A stretch of DNA of 64,000 nucleotides from Brevinematales bacterium (GTDB lineage Bacteria > Spirochaetota > Brevinematia > Brevinematales > JAOACQ01), in assembly GCA_020052515.1 (NCBI GenBank), contig JAGVOW010000034.1:296-64295 (forward strand), in the 5' to 3' direction. The notes under the pieces were generated by a model that worked only from the letters and a program-made list of their open reading frames with translations, was not told where the DNA came from and ran no database searches. Shown here piece after piece: positions 1 through 9,511 of the stretch. The number at the start of each line of letters is the position of its first letter. The stretch's first letter is position 1. A program made the translations under genes and the position numbers.

Positions 1-2
1 AT

Positions 3-377
3 ATCGGCATTGGCATTGGAGCATCCGGGTTTATTGATGGCAAGAGGTGGACAAATTTAACAAAAATGAATGAATATTTTGAAAAATTAGAGAAAAACGA
101 GATGCCCATTGGGTCTTTCGAGAATATTGACCAGCAGACAGCCATTCGGGAATATTTGATGCTTGCGCTTCGAAAAAGAGAAGGATTAAAATTTGAAGAT
201 TTCGAGAGAATTTTTTCATTTGACCTGGAAAAGGTATTAGACCGGAAGAAAGTAGAAAATCTTTCCGCTTTTTTGGACTTGAGCCAAAATGGGATCCGCT
301 TAAAGAAAGAAAGCATACCCGTTGCCAATGAAGTCATTCGTAAATTGTGGGATATGATAAGTGTAATCGGTCAATAA
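3..377 (+). CDS. hemW: Radical-SAM HemW/HemN-like protein, C-terminal fragment (5' end lies upstream of the window)
   Basis: Frame 3 is open from base 3 (IGIGIGASGFIDGKRWTNL...) into the listed ORF 66..377. The tail resembles the HemN_C domain. Confidence 0.7.
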   Translation: MGIGIGASGFIDGKRWTNLTKMNEYFEKLEKNEMPIGSFENIDQQTAIREYLMLALRKREGLKFEDFERIFSFDLEKVLDRKKVENLSAFLDLSQNGIRLKKESIPVANEVIRKLWDMISVIGQ

Positions 378-398
378 ACTCATTCCGGCCTTCGGCCA

Positions 399-444
399 CC
401 CTTCTCTTTTTCCGCAGAAAGAGAGGGGGGACGGGGGAGTTTTT
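399..444. repeat. Imperfect hairpin followed by GGGGGG-AC-GGGGGA-GTTTT; variant of the C5-hairpin-G5 repeat family
   Basis: cccttctcttt / aaagagagggg arms with one mismatch, then gac-ggggga-gtttt. Same architecture as 24898-24927 and 46321-46350. Lies just after the hemW stop. Confidence 0.5.
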
Positions 445-523
445 CCCCGATCACTGATCGATTAAGTAACGAATAACTTTCGTAAAATGGCCGATTATGG
501 TAAAATATATTAAGGATTAGGTT

Positions 524-1786
524 ATGTATAAATACATCATTCACGGGCAAAAGAAACTCAAAGGCGAAGTGGTGATCAGCGGTTCGAAAAACGCTTCACT
601 CCCTATTATGGCAGCCTCTCTTCTCACAAAAGAAGAGGTAATACTTCAGAATATTCCCGATTTAATGGACATTCAAACGATGCGGCAACTTCTGGAAATG
701 CTGGGTAAAAAGACAGTTTTTGAAAACAACACTCTCTCCATTAAGGAGATAGACCCTTCCTTATATGAAGCGCCTTACGATATTGTCCGAAAAATGCGCG
801 CTTCGATCGCTGTGATGGGCCCGCTCTTAGCGAGAAAGGGGCAGGCAAAAATATCCTTTCCCGGAGGCTGCGCTATTGGGCCGCGGCCAATAGATATTCA
901 TCTTCGCGGGATGAAGGCTCTCGGTACCGATTTATTGATTGAACATGGCTACATCTGGGCACAAGCGAAGGAACTTACGGGAAAGCAAATGGACCTGATG
1001 GGCAATTTTGGGCCCAGTGTCCTCGCGACCGAAAATGTGATGATGGCGGCGACCCTCGCGAAAGGCATTACTATCATTGAAGGCGCGGCACGGGAGCCTG
1101 AAATTTCGGATCTGGCGGATTGCCTTATTTCTATGGGCGCTAAAATTAAAGGGTCCGGTACCAGTATTATAGAAATTGAAGGAGTGAAAGAACTTGGCGG
1201 TACCAGCCATACCATTATTCCAGACAGAATTGAAACAGGCACATTTATGGCGGCAGCCGGCACTACCGGGGGAGAAATTTTGCTGAAAAAAGTAAATATT
1301 CTTCATATGGAAGAAGTAATAGAAGGTTTTTCTAAAGCCGGAGTTGAAATAGAAATTCTCTCTCAAGATAGTCTCGTCGCTCGCGGCAAAAATATCCGGC
1401 CGGTAGAAATAGAAACACACCCTTATCCTTTTTTCCCTACTGACCTTCAGGCTCAATTGATGGCGCTTGTGTCCATCAGCGATGGGACTAGCGTGATCTC
1501 TGAGAAAATATTCCCGGACCGCTTTATGCATGCCGCGGAACTCAACCGTATGGGCGCGGACATCAAAGTGGACGGAGCTACAGCCCTCATAAAGGGTGTA
1601 AAAAATCTCTCCGGCGCGGCAGTTATGGCCTCTGACTTGAGAGCCGGCGCGGGGCTGGTGGTAGGTGCTTTAGCGGCACGGGGAAAAAGCGAAATCTTAA
1701 GGATTTATCATATTGACCGAGGTTATGAAAAATTGGACGAAAAACTCAGAAAAATTGGGGCTGACATTGAAAGGGTACCGCAATAA
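524..1786 (+). CDS. murA: UDP-N-acetylglucosamine 1-carboxyvinyltransferase
   Basis: 420 aa, full-length MurA resemblance. Active-site Cys context FPGGCAIGPRPIDIH; C-terminal HIDRGYE motif. Confidence 0.96.
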   Translation: MYKYIIHGQKKLKGEVVISGSKNASLPIMAASLLTKEEVILQNIPDLMDIQTMRQLLEMLGKKTVFENNTLSIKEIDPSLYEAPYDIVRKMRASIAVMGPLLARKGQAKISFPGGCAIGPRPIDIHLRGMKALGTDLLIEHGYIWAQAKELTGKQMDLMGNFGPSVLATENVMMAATLAKGITIIEGAAREPEISDLADCLISMGAKIKGSGTSIIEIEGVKELGGTSHTIIPDRIETGTFMAAAGTTGGEILLKKVNILHMEEVIEGFSKAGVEIEILSQDSLVARGKNIRPVEIETHPYPFFPTDLQAQLMALVSISDGTSVISEKIFPDRFMHAAELNRMGADIKVDGATALIKGVKNLSGAAVMASDLRAGAGLVVGALAARGKSEILRIYHIDRGYEKLDEKLRKIGADIERVPQ

Positions 1787-1804
1787 AATCAAAGGGGAAG
1801 AAAA

Positions 1805-2986
1805 ATGTCACTGAAAAAAACTAATTCAAACTGGATAAAAATAGAGCAGGACGGCATGGAAATTTATATTCTGGGTACGGCGCACGTCCTGGATGAAAGT
1901 AGAAAAGAAGTGGAAAATCTAATCGATGAAATTGATCCGGACACTGTGTGCGTAGAGCTCTGTGACTCGCGGTACCAATCTTTAAAGGACAAAGACCGCT
2001 GGAAAAACTTAGATATTGTTAAAGTGATCCGCGAAGGAAAAGGCTTTCTGCTCCTGGCCAATATGATTCTTTCTTCTTTTCAAAAGAAGGTCGGCGCCGA
2101 TTTAGAATCCGCTCCAGGGGATGAAATGATTGCGGCTTTTCAGATTGCCGAACAGAGAAATAAGAATGTGGTGCTGGCGGATAGGGATGTCAATATTACT
2201 TTGCAGAGGACATGGCGGCTTTCCCCATTCATGGATAAAATGAAAGTATTAGAAATCCTTTTTGAATCGCTTTTTGTAAAAGAAGAAATAAAAAAAGAAG
2301 ACGTAAAAAACCTCCTTGCCGAACAGGATGTGATGAATGAGATGATGGGTGAGCTGTCAAAAAAACTCCCAAAGGTAAAAGAGGTTTTGATTGACGAAAG
2401 AGACCATTATATAGCCAATAAGATTGTCACGGCGCCGGGGAAAAAGATTTTAGCAGTGGTGGGAAAGGGCCATTTAAAAGGCATTGAGGCGGCTATAAAA
2501 AAAAGATTGCCTTATGACCCCTCCATCGAAAAAACCCCTGTGAAACAAAAATGGACAAAGATGATACCCTGGGCAGTGGGGCTCCTTTTTATTGCTTTAA
2601 TCATATTTGCTTTTACAAAAGGAAGCGCGGTCGGTTGGGAAACTCTCAAAGCGTGGACTATTGCTTGCGGGACATCGACTGCTATTTTCGCGGCTCTGGT
2701 TCTGGCTCATCCCTTTACTATACTGGCTTCCTGGGTTGCGGCTCCCCTCAAATTGGTAGCTGTTCCGGTTAGTTCCAGCATTCTTTTGACTCTCTTAGAA
2801 ACGCTATTGCGTAAGCCAAGAGTAGAAGATTTTGAAAAACTCAATCAGGATATGCAGAGCTTTAAAGGATTTATGAAAAATCGCGTAACCAAAATATTAG
2901 TGGTCCTGACGGCGATTACTATCGGCACCTATATCGGGCGATTTATTGCTTTAATCTGGATTGGAAAAATTCTGGTGACTCATTAA
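1805..2986 (+). CDS. TraB/GumN family protein with C-terminal membrane domain
   Basis: N-terminal ILGTAHV...VCVELC motif typical of the TraB family. Hydrophobic C-terminal third. Confidence 0.85.
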   Translation: MSLKKTNSNWIKIEQDGMEIYILGTAHVLDESRKEVENLIDEIDPDTVCVELCDSRYQSLKDKDRWKNLDIVKVIREGKGFLLLANMILSSFQKKVGADLESAPGDEMIAAFQIAEQRNKNVVLADRDVNITLQRTWRLSPFMDKMKVLEILFESLFVKEEIKKEDVKNLLAEQDVMNEMMGELSKKLPKVKEVLIDERDHYIANKIVTAPGKKILAVVGKGHLKGIEAAIKKRLPYDPSIEKTPVKQKWTKMIPWAVGLLFIALIIFAFTKGSAVGWETLKAWTIACGTSTAIFAALVLAHPFTILASWVAAPLKLVAVPVSSSILLTLLETLLRKPRVEDFEKLNQDMQSFKGFMKNRVTKILVVLTAITIGTYIGRFIALIWIGKILVTH

Positions 2987-3008
2987 GTAATTGCTCTATG
3001 GGGTAAAG

Positions 3009-3749
3009 ATGAAGAACTACCTTTGGTTCATGTTTTTATTTTCCGCCTTATTTTTACTGGGAAAACCTCTTTTTTCAGTAGAAGATTTTACAAACGTACC
3101 TTTCCGTTTTAATCAATTAAATCAGGCTATCAGCGGAGGTATTATTTCTGAGACAGAGGCCCGTTCCAATTTTTCAATTTTGATTCCCGAGTTATCCGAT
3201 TACTACAAAAGCAAGAAAGGTAAACCTTACCCCAGAAAAAAATGGGTGTTTCCTCTCAAAGCTTATACTCCCGGATCAAGCCGGCTCAACCGTAGAGATT
3301 ATATCTACAGGGGTTTTAATTACTTTGTGACCAATCGTCATTACGATCACCCCGCTTTTGACCTTTTTATCAAGGATAAAAATCAGGACTTGTTAGATGA
3401 TAGAAATGGCCGTTACGTAAAAGTCCTATCGATGACCGGGGGAATTGTCGTCGCTGTTCTGACAAACTGGACTACCAACAGCAATCTGCATGGAGGAAAC
3501 GTTGTCTGGATATACGATCCTTTTTTGAAGGGATTAGTTTATTACGCTCACAACAATCTGGTTTTAGCAGAGGTAGGCAAACTTGTAAAACCGGGAGATC
3601 CGATAGCCGCAGTGGGGAGAACTGGTGTCAGGGCTTATGAAAAAAAATCGCCTACACACCTGCATATTTCTTATTTGAAGATTGTGAGTAATGATGTTAT
3701 TCCCCTCAATATTTACAAGACACTAAAACGATGCGGGGTAAAGAAATGA
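3009..3749 (+). CDS. M23 family metallopeptidase, secreted
   Basis: HxxxD (HPAFD) and HxH (THLHISY) zinc motifs plus a signal-like N-terminus. Start moved to ATG 3009 (MKNYLWF), which is preceded by ggggtaaag. Confidence 0.8.
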   Translation: MKNYLWFMFLFSALFLLGKPLFSVEDFTNVPFRFNQLNQAISGGIISETEARSNFSILIPELSDYYKSKKGKPYPRKKWVFPLKAYTPGSSRLNRRDYIYRGFNYFVTNRHYDHPAFDLFIKDKNQDLLDDRNGRYVKVLSMTGGIVVAVLTNWTTNSNLHGGNVVWIYDPFLKGLVYYAHNNLVLAEVGKLVKPGDPIAAVGRTGVRAYEKKSPTHLHISYLKIVSNDVIPLNIYKTLKRCGVKK

Positions 3750-4489
3750 ATATTCTAATCGCGTTTATCGGCGGGATCATTACTTTTATCTCTCCCTGTG
3801 TTCTTCCCTTGATCCCTATTTATATCGCATATCTTTCCGGTGTTTCTATTCAAGATTTGAAAGAAAATAAAGAAAAACCATCCTCGCGGATTTTACTCAT
3901 TTCCATTATTTTTGTCCTGGGCTTTACCGTTGTTTTCTCAATCTTAGCCGCGCTTTTCTATGTTTTTGTAGAATCTCTGGGACATTACAAAATCTGGTTC
4001 AATCGAGGTGCCGGTGCTTTGATAGTCCTATTTGGGCTTCACACCATGAAGATTATTCAGATTCCTTTTCTTAATTTTGAAGTCAGATTTCAGGCAAAAG
4101 CCGGGAAGAAAAACTTTTTCTCGCCGCTTTTAATGGGCATGGCTTTCGGCGCGGGCTGGACTCCATGCATTGGGCCAATACTCGCCGGGATATTATTCAC
4201 TTCAAGCTCTTCCAGCGGCAATGGCTTTCAGACAGTTTTCCTATTAGTCGTTTACTCGCTGGGATTGGGAATACCTTTTATTCTGACCGGTTTATTAACC
4301 CGGGAGCTTCTGGGAGTTTTCAGCTTTTTCAAGCGGCATTATAAAGCGGTCGAAATCGTGAGCGGCTTGTTTCTCATTCTATTAGGTTTATTATTAATTT
4401 TTGATTGGCTGGGAATACTTTCAGGATTTTTTTCCCGGTTTTTTCCTTTTCTTGGGGAAATTGAAGGAAGTATAGGCGCGGTTAATTAA
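3746..4489 (+). CDS. ccdA: Cytochrome c biogenesis / thiol-disulfide transporter CcdA (DsbD_2 family)
   Basis: Two membrane Cys motifs, ISPCVLPLIP and WTPCIGPIL. ATG 3746 overlaps the upstream stop (ATGA). The last codons and the stop lie inside the 44-bp palindrome. Confidence 0.88.
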   Translation: MNILIAFIGGIITFISPCVLPLIPIYIAYLSGVSIQDLKENKEKPSSRILLISIIFVLGFTVVFSILAALFYVFVESLGHYKIWFNRGAGALIVLFGLHTMKIIQIPFLNFEVRFQAKAGKKNFFSPLLMGMAFGAGWTPCIGPILAGILFTSSSSSGNGFQTVFLLVVYSLGLGIPFILTGLLTRELLGVFSFFKRHYKAVEIVSGLFLILLGLLLIFDWLGILSGFFSRFFPFLGEIEGSIGAVN

Positions 4490-4507
4490 CCGCGCCTATA
4501 CTTCCTT
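4464..4507. repeat. 44-bp perfect palindrome containing the 24-bp core AGGCGCGGTTAATTAACCGCGCCT (copy 1 of 3)
   Basis: aaggaagtataggcgcggttaa | ttaaccgcgcctatacttcctt; core at 4474-4497. Overlaps the ccdA stop and ends 16 nt before the pyrE ATG. Confidence 0.95.
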
Positions 4508-4522
4508 TTAAGGAGATGATCA

Positions 4523-5176
4523 ATGTCTTACAAAAAAGATTTTATTGCCTTTATGGTGCGTTCAAAAGTCCTTACTTTTGGGGATTTTACCACCAAAAGC
4601 GGGCGACAGACGCCTTTTTTTATTAATACGGGAAATTATCAAACCGGCGAGCAGATTTGCCTTCTCGGCGAGTATTACGCGGAATGCATTTATAACAACC
4701 TGGGAGACCGGTTTGACGTCTTATACGGCCCTGCCTACAAAGGTATCCCGCTTTCCATAGCGGTTTCGATCGCTCTCTATAAAAAATTCGGCTTAAATAA
4801 GGCCTTTTGTTTCAATAGAAAAGAAGCGAAAGACCATGGGGAAGGTGGAAGTCTCATTGGGCACATCCCGAAAGGAGGAGAAAGAATAGTCATCATTGAG
4901 GATGTGATTACCGCCGGTACTTCCGTGAGGGAAAGCGTTCCATTGCTGAAGAAAACCGCTGACGTAAAGATTGCCGCTTTAATAATTTCCGTAGATAGAA
5001 TGGAAAAAGGGTTGGGAAGCAAAACTGCCCTTCAAGAAATAAAAGAAGAATTTGGAATCAATGCTTTTTCTCTGGTGACTATTCGGGACATTGTCCAGAG
5101 TCTTTCTACCAAAAAAGTGGATAATAGCGAGCTGATAGCTAAAATAGAAAGCTATTTAGCGATATATGGGGCTTAA
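4523..5176 (+). CDS. pyrE: Orotate phosphoribosyltransferase
   Basis: PRPP-binding motif VIIEDVITAGTS. N-terminal FGDFTTKSGRQTPFF typical of PyrE. Confidence 0.93.
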   Translation: MSYKKDFIAFMVRSKVLTFGDFTTKSGRQTPFFINTGNYQTGEQICLLGEYYAECIYNNLGDRFDVLYGPAYKGIPLSIAVSIALYKKFGLNKAFCFNRKEAKDHGEGGSLIGHIPKGGERIVIIEDVITAGTSVRESVPLLKKTADVKIAALIISVDRMEKGLGSKTALQEIKEEFGINAFSLVTIRDIVQSLSTKKVDNSELIAKIESYLAIYGA

Positions 5177-5184
5177 AACTTTGC

Positions 5185-6186
5185 TTACAAAAGCTCCGCG
5201 ATCTGAACCGCGTTGGAAGCGGCTCCTTTCAACAAATTATCCGCGACTACCCAGAAATTAAGCGCGTTAGGATTGAATAAATCATCCCGTATCCTGCCTA
5301 CATAAGTTTCAAACTTGTCTTCCGCTTCAACCGGCGTAGGATAAACTTTGTTCGCTATATCATCCATAATCATTAAATTTGGAAACTTTGAGAAAAGCTC
5401 TACCGCTTTCTCTCTACCAATAGGCTTTTCGGTCTCAACGTAAAGGCTTTCGCTATGGCTCCGCAGAACCGGAACCCGGACACAAGTAGCGGTTACCTGA
5501 ATATTTTTGTCATGCATAATTTTGATCGTTTCATAAACCATCTTCATTTCTTCTTTAGTAAAACGGTTGTCTGTAAAAACATCAATTTGCGGAATGAGGT
5601 TAAAGGCTATCTGCTTCTGGAACTTTGATATTTGTATTTCTTTTTTATCCAGAATATCTTTTGTTTGCGCTAAAAGCTCATCCATTCCTTTTTGGCCCGC
5701 TCCCGAAACGGATTGATAAGTAGAAACAATCACTTTCTTAATTTTTGAATAATCATAAAGGGGTTTAAGAGCTACAACCATCTGAATAGTGGAGCAATTC
5801 GGATTGGCAATGATGCCTTTGTGTTTCTTCACATCTTCGCTATTCACTTCTGGGACTACAAGAGGAACATTTTCGTCCATTCTCCATGCGCTGGAGTTAT
5901 CTACTACTACCGTTCCAGCTTTTGCGGCAATCGGGGAAAATTTCAAACTGACATCCCCGCCGGCCGAAAATAAAGCAATATCAATACCTTGTTTATCAAA
6001 AGAATTCTCTGTTAACTCTTCGACCATTACATCTTCGCCCTGAAATTTCAAATACTTTCCCTGAGACCTTCCGGAAGCAAAAAGCCGAATTTCTTTTAAC
6101 GGGAAATTCCTTCTTTCTAAAGTTCTGATCATTTCACGGCCTACTGCGCCAGTAGCCCCAACAACAGCAACATTCTTACCGGACAT
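5185..6186 (-). CDS. asd: Aspartate-semialdehyde dehydrogenase
   Basis: VAVVGATGAVG NAD(P) fold and active-site NPNCSTI. 333 aa. Confidence 0.95.
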   Translation of the reverse strand: MSGKNVAVVGATGAVGREMIRTLERRNFPLKEIRLFASGRSQGKYLKFQGEDVMVEELTENSFDKQGIDIALFSAGGDVSLKFSPIAAKAGTVVVDNSSAWRMDENVPLVVPEVNSEDVKKHKGIIANPNCSTIQMVVALKPLYDYSKIKKVIVSTYQSVSGAGQKGMDELLAQTKDILDKKEIQISKFQKQIAFNLIPQIDVFTDNRFTKEEMKMVYETIKIMHDKNIQVTATCVRVPVLRSHSESLYVETEKPIGREKAVELFSKFPNLMIMDDIANKVYPTPVEAEDKFETYVGRIRDDLFNPNALNFWVVADNLLKGAASNAVQIAELL

Positions 6187-6210
6187 TTTCCTCTCCTATA
6201 CATCTTCACC

Positions 6211-6236
6211 TAAGCGGCAATTATTATTGCCGCTTA
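6211..6236. other. Perfect 11-bp stem / 4-nt loop hairpin between the DUF2934 gene and asd
   Basis: taagcggcaat-tatt-attgccgctta, about 25 nt upstream of the asd ATG on the minus strand. No U-tract, so function is unknown. Confidence 0.5.
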
Positions 6237-6315
6237 AATTATAAATTTAAAAAACTAAGCTCATTTATGGGCAGTTCTAAAAACTAAAAAACGCGGCCTG
6301 ACATCTGGAAAAACT

Positions 6316-6537
6316 TTAAATTTTGTATTTCGCCTTTATATCCTTCTCAGCCTTCAGCCAATCGGACATATCGTTTCCCGAAGAACCATTTCTCTGTCTC
6401 TCCATGTAATTGTCATAAGCCTTTTTTTGAATTTCCCCCAGAAACTGTTTTAGTTCCATCTTTTCCACTTTTTTCCCGACCCCAACTTCTTTCTTTTGTA
6501 CAGCCCCTGTTTTAACGGACGCTTTTTTCACAGCCAT
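6316..6537 (-). CDS. Small DUF2934-like protein
   Basis: 73 aa. C-terminal AYDNYMERQRNG...DWLKAE pattern resembles DUF2934. Tightly packed between der and asd. Confidence 0.65.
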   Translation of the reverse strand: MAVKKASVKTGAVQKKEVGVGKKVEKMELKQFLGEIQKKAYDNYMERQRNGSSGNDMSDWLKAEKDIKAKYKI

Positions 6538-6549
6538 AAAATCCTCCTT

Positions 6550-7890
6550 CTATTTAGCCGATGCCTCATTATTTTTTTCCCTAAAGGTGATTTTAATCGG
6601 CACTCCGGTAAATTCAAACGCCAGCCGGAGCCTGTTTTCCAGAAAACGCGGGTAATCTTTCCGAATATGTTCTTTTTTATTCACAAAAAAAATAAATTTT
6701 GGAGGAGCCGCGAAAACCTGCGTCACATAATAAATTTTTAAGTTCGTAAACTGTTTTCTGTTAAAACTTTCTTTTATTTCACGAGTCAACCATTCGTTCA
6801 ATTTTCCGGTCGATATCCTTAAATGGTAATTTTGATAAACTTCCCAGGTTGTCTGCAGAAGCTTTTCTATTTTATAATTTTCCTTTGCCGAGATAAATTC
6901 TATCGGCACAAACCAATAGACCGGCATAGTATTATATACCAATTTTTTAAATTGTTCCATAATTTTATAATTTTCATCGGAATTTTTCTTTTTTAAATCC
7001 CACTTATTGACTGCCAGAACCAGGCTTCTTCCCTTTTCTATCACCATCTGAGCAATTTTCTCATCCTGATGGGAAACTCCTTCGACAGCGTCAATGAGCT
7101 GGATTACTACTTCGCTTCTTTCTATTGCCTGCGCGGTTCTGACATTACTATAATATTCGATATCGCCTTCAATCTTCGACTTCCTGCGAAGCCCTGCCGT
7201 ATCAATCAAGCGAATTCTTTTCCCCTGCCATAAAAAAATATCGTCTAATGAATCCCTTGTTGTTCCGGGGATTTCAGACACTATACTTCTATCATAACCC
7301 AGAATGGTGTTTAATAGCAGTGATTTACCCGCATTCGGCCTTCCGGCAATGGCAATAGGGATTTCTTCTTCTTCTGTTTCTTCCAGAGGGTAATTTTCCA
7401 ATAAGTCTTCAATTTTTTCAATCAGTGTGGTTAATCCCCTCTTGTGCAGAACGGAAAAAGGAATGATTTCATCAAAACCAAGTTCGTAAAACTCATTGGA
7501 AAGAGATTCCATATCACGATTATCCAATTTATTTACTATCAGAAGGACTTTTTTTTTCTGCTTTTTGAGAAAAAGAGCCAGATCTTTATCAAACGGATGC
7601 AGTTCTCTTCCGTCTACCATAAAAAGAATGAGCTCTGTATCTCCTATCGCTTGTTTTACCTTTTTTTGGACCAGAGGGTTGAAAGTATCCCCTTTTTCCA
7701 GATAACCCGCCGTATCGTAGAGAAAAAAGTCCGAACGGGTAGTTTTCGCTTTTCCTATGTTAATATCCCGGGTAACCCCTTCCATTTCATCGACAATCGA
7801 TTTTCTTTCCTTCAAAATCAGATTAAAAAGAGAAGATTTTCCGACATTCGGGCGGCCTACAATGGCGACAGCGGGAAGTCCATGTTTCAT
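6550..7890 (-). CDS. der: Ribosome-associated GTPase Der/EngA
   Basis: Two tandem G domains (GRPNVGKSS and GRPNAGKSL, each with DTAG and NKxD) plus a KH-like C-terminus. Confidence 0.96.
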   Translation of the reverse strand: MKHGLPAVAIVGRPNVGKSSLFNLILKERKSIVDEMEGVTRDINIGKAKTTRSDFFLYDTAGYLEKGDTFNPLVQKKVKQAIGDTELILFMVDGRELHPFDKDLALFLKKQKKKVLLIVNKLDNRDMESLSNEFYELGFDEIIPFSVLHKRGLTTLIEKIEDLLENYPLEETEEEEIPIAIAGRPNAGKSLLLNTILGYDRSIVSEIPGTTRDSLDDIFLWQGKRIRLIDTAGLRRKSKIEGDIEYYSNVRTAQAIERSEVVIQLIDAVEGVSHQDEKIAQMVIEKGRSLVLAVNKWDLKKKNSDENYKIMEQFKKLVYNTMPVYWFVPIEFISAKENYKIEKLLQTTWEVYQNYHLRISTGKLNEWLTREIKESFNRKQFTNLKIYYVTQVFAAPPKFIFFVNKKEHIRKDYPRFLENRLRLAFEFTGVPIKITFREKNNEASAK

Positions 7891-7902
7891 TTAATAACCT
7901 CT

Positions 7903-9303
7903 CTAATATCGGTAATGTTCCGCTTTATACGGGCCTTCTACCTTTACGCCGATATAATCAGCCTGTTCAGGAGAAAGCTTTGTGAGCTTTACCCCAATTT
8001 TTTCTAAATGAAGCCTTGCTACTTCCTCATCCAGAAGCTTGGACAAACGGTAAACCCCGATTTTATAATTGTCTTTATTCTTCCAGAGATCAATTTGCGC
8101 AAGAACCTGATTCGTAAAAGAGTTGGACATCACAAAAGAAGGATGTCCTGTCGCGCAGCCCAGATTGACGAGTCTTCCTTCCGCTAACAGAAAAATAGCA
8201 TGGCCATCGGGAAACAGGTATTTATCTACTTGCGGTTTAATATTGACCCTTTTGATCCCAGGAAAAGATTCCAGTTTATTCACCTGGATTTCGTCGTCAA
8301 AATGGCCGATGTTGCAGACAATGGCCTGGTCTTTCATTTTTTTCATGTGCTCTATGGTAATGATGTCTTTGTTTCCCGTTGTGGTTACATAAATATCCCC
8401 TTCTCCCAGGGTGTCCTCGACGGTTTTTACCTCATAGCCTTCCATTGCCGCTTGAAGCGCGCAGATCGGGTCAATCTCGGTCACAATAACTCGCGCGCCC
8501 AGTCCGCGCAAGGATTTAGCAGAGCCCTTTCCCACATCGCCGTGGCCGCAGACAACAGCGACTTTCCCGGCTATCATGACATCCGTAGCGCGCTTGATGC
8601 CGTCTACTAATGATTCTCTGCACCCGTAAAGATTGTCAAACTTGGACTTGGTAACCGAATCATTGACATTGATAGCTGGAACTAAAAGCTCGCCTTTTTC
8701 CAGCATCTGATAAAGGCGATGAACACCCGTAGTTGTTTCTTCAGAAACCCCTTTCCAGTCTTTGACAGCGTTGTGCCATTTATTGGGCTCTTCTTTTAAA
8801 ATCTTTTTGAGCAGATCGAGAATTATGCCTTCTTCTTTATTCGAGGGCTTTTTGTCCAGAATAGAAGGGTCCTTCTCTGCGGCATAGCCTTTATGAATGA
8901 ATAGTGTGGCGTCGCCGCCGTCATCCACTATCAGTTCCGGGCCTTTCCCGCCGGGAAAAGTCAAAGCTTCTTTGGTGCACCACCAGTATTCTTCTAGAGT
9001 TTCGCCCTTCCAGGCAAAAACAGGAATTCCGGCTTTGGCAATCGCGGCCGCGGCATGGTCCTGCGTTGAGAAAATATTGCAGCTTGCCCAGCGTACATTG
9101 GCGCCTAATGCCGCAAGCGTTTCTATTAATACTGCTGTTTGTATGGTCATATGAAGTGAACCGCTGACGCGGACACTTTTCAAAGGCTTTTCTTTGGCGT
9201 ATTTTTCACGGACAGCCATCAACCCCGGCATTTCTTTTTCCGCTATTTCAATTTCTTTTCTTCCCCATTCGGCAAGAGAAATGTCTTTTACCTTGTAATC
9301 CAT
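7903..9303 (-). CDS. ahcY: Adenosylhomocysteinase
   Basis: 466 aa. Start [22 protein letters not shown]; NAD-binding [10 protein letters not shown]; C-terminal HYRY. Confidence 0.96.
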   Translation of the reverse strand: MDYKVKDISLAEWGRKEIEIAEKEMPGLMAVREKYAKEKPLKSVRVSGSLHMTIQTAVLIETLAALGANVRWASCNIFSTQDHAAAAIAKAGIPVFAWKGETLEEYWWCTKEALTFPGGKGPELIVDDGGDATLFIHKGYAAEKDPSILDKKPSNKEEGIILDLLKKILKEEPNKWHNAVKDWKGVSEETTTGVHRLYQMLEKGELLVPAINVNDSVTKSKFDNLYGCRESLVDGIKRATDVMIAGKVAVVCGHGDVGKGSAKSLRGLGARVIVTEIDPICALQAAMEGYEVKTVEDTLGEGDIYVTTTGNKDIITIEHMKKMKDQAIVCNIGHFDDEIQVNKLESFPGIKRVNIKPQVDKYLFPDGHAIFLLAEGRLVNLGCATGHPSFVMSNSFTNQVLAQIDLWKNKDNYKIGVYRLSKLLDEEVARLHLEKIGVKLTKLSPEQADYIGVKVEGPYKAEHYRY

Positions 9304-9340
9304 GATAAACCCCTTCGATTTTTTTGTTTAACAGCTCTTT

Positions 9341-9369
9341 ATTATAAAAGCCATTAGCCTTTTTAGCAA
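9341..9369 (-). promoter_or_regulatory. Sigma70-type promoter for the ahcY-der-asd gene string
   Basis: Minus strand reads TTGCTA, 17 nt, TATAAT. The -10 hexamer ends 38 nt upstream of the ahcY ATG. Confidence 0.65.
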
Positions 9370-9391
9370 AAAATAAAAGTTGTGTTTTCTC

Positions 9392-9409
9392 CCCCCTTTC
9401 GAAAGGGGG
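9392..9409. repeat. 18-bp perfect palindrome CCCCCTTTCGAAAGGGGG (hairpin-only member of the C5/G5 family)
   Basis: Read directly from the sequence. Lies in the divergent ahcY / TetR intergenic region. Confidence 0.6.
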
Positions 9410-9448
9410 AATTCATACTCTTTAGTTGAAAAGCAAAAAAAATTTATC

Positions 9449-9477
9449 TTGACATTTTGCATTTTTCTTATTATATT
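9449..9477 (+). promoter_or_regulatory. Sigma70-type promoter of the TetR-hemerythrin-ldhA operon
   Basis: TTGACA (9449-9454), 17 nt, TATATT (9472-9477). Confidence 0.75.
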
Positions 9478-9501
9478 AAGTTAGTTAATATTAACTAACT
9501 T
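9478..9501. promoter_or_regulatory. 24-bp perfect palindromic operator, probable TetR autoregulatory site
   Basis: aagttagttaat|attaactaactt starts immediately after the -10 hexamer, so it covers the expected transcription start. The adjacent gene is a TetR repressor. Confidence 0.7.
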
Positions 9502-9511
9502 GGGGCAGAAG

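Noticed and set aside
932-1531. Long antisense ORFs inside well-supported genes (for example 932-1531 in murA, 7444-8007 in der/ahcY, 36901-37491 in hppA, 61312-61668 opposite the ATPase gene)
   Set aside because: They have no RBS and low-complexity or odd composition. They lie entirely in the shadow of genes with clear family motifs on the other strand, so they are typical shadow ORFs.
6263-6285. Similarity between the asd upstream region (revcomp agtttttagaactgcccataaat) and the spacer of the 42271 promoter (agtttttagaactacccttataat)
   Set aside because: The exact match is only 13 nt (16 of 17 with one mismatch). Among all position pairs in a 64-kb AT-rich window on both strands, tens of such matches are expected by chance. 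The 6263 copy also lacks usable -35 and -10 hexamers.
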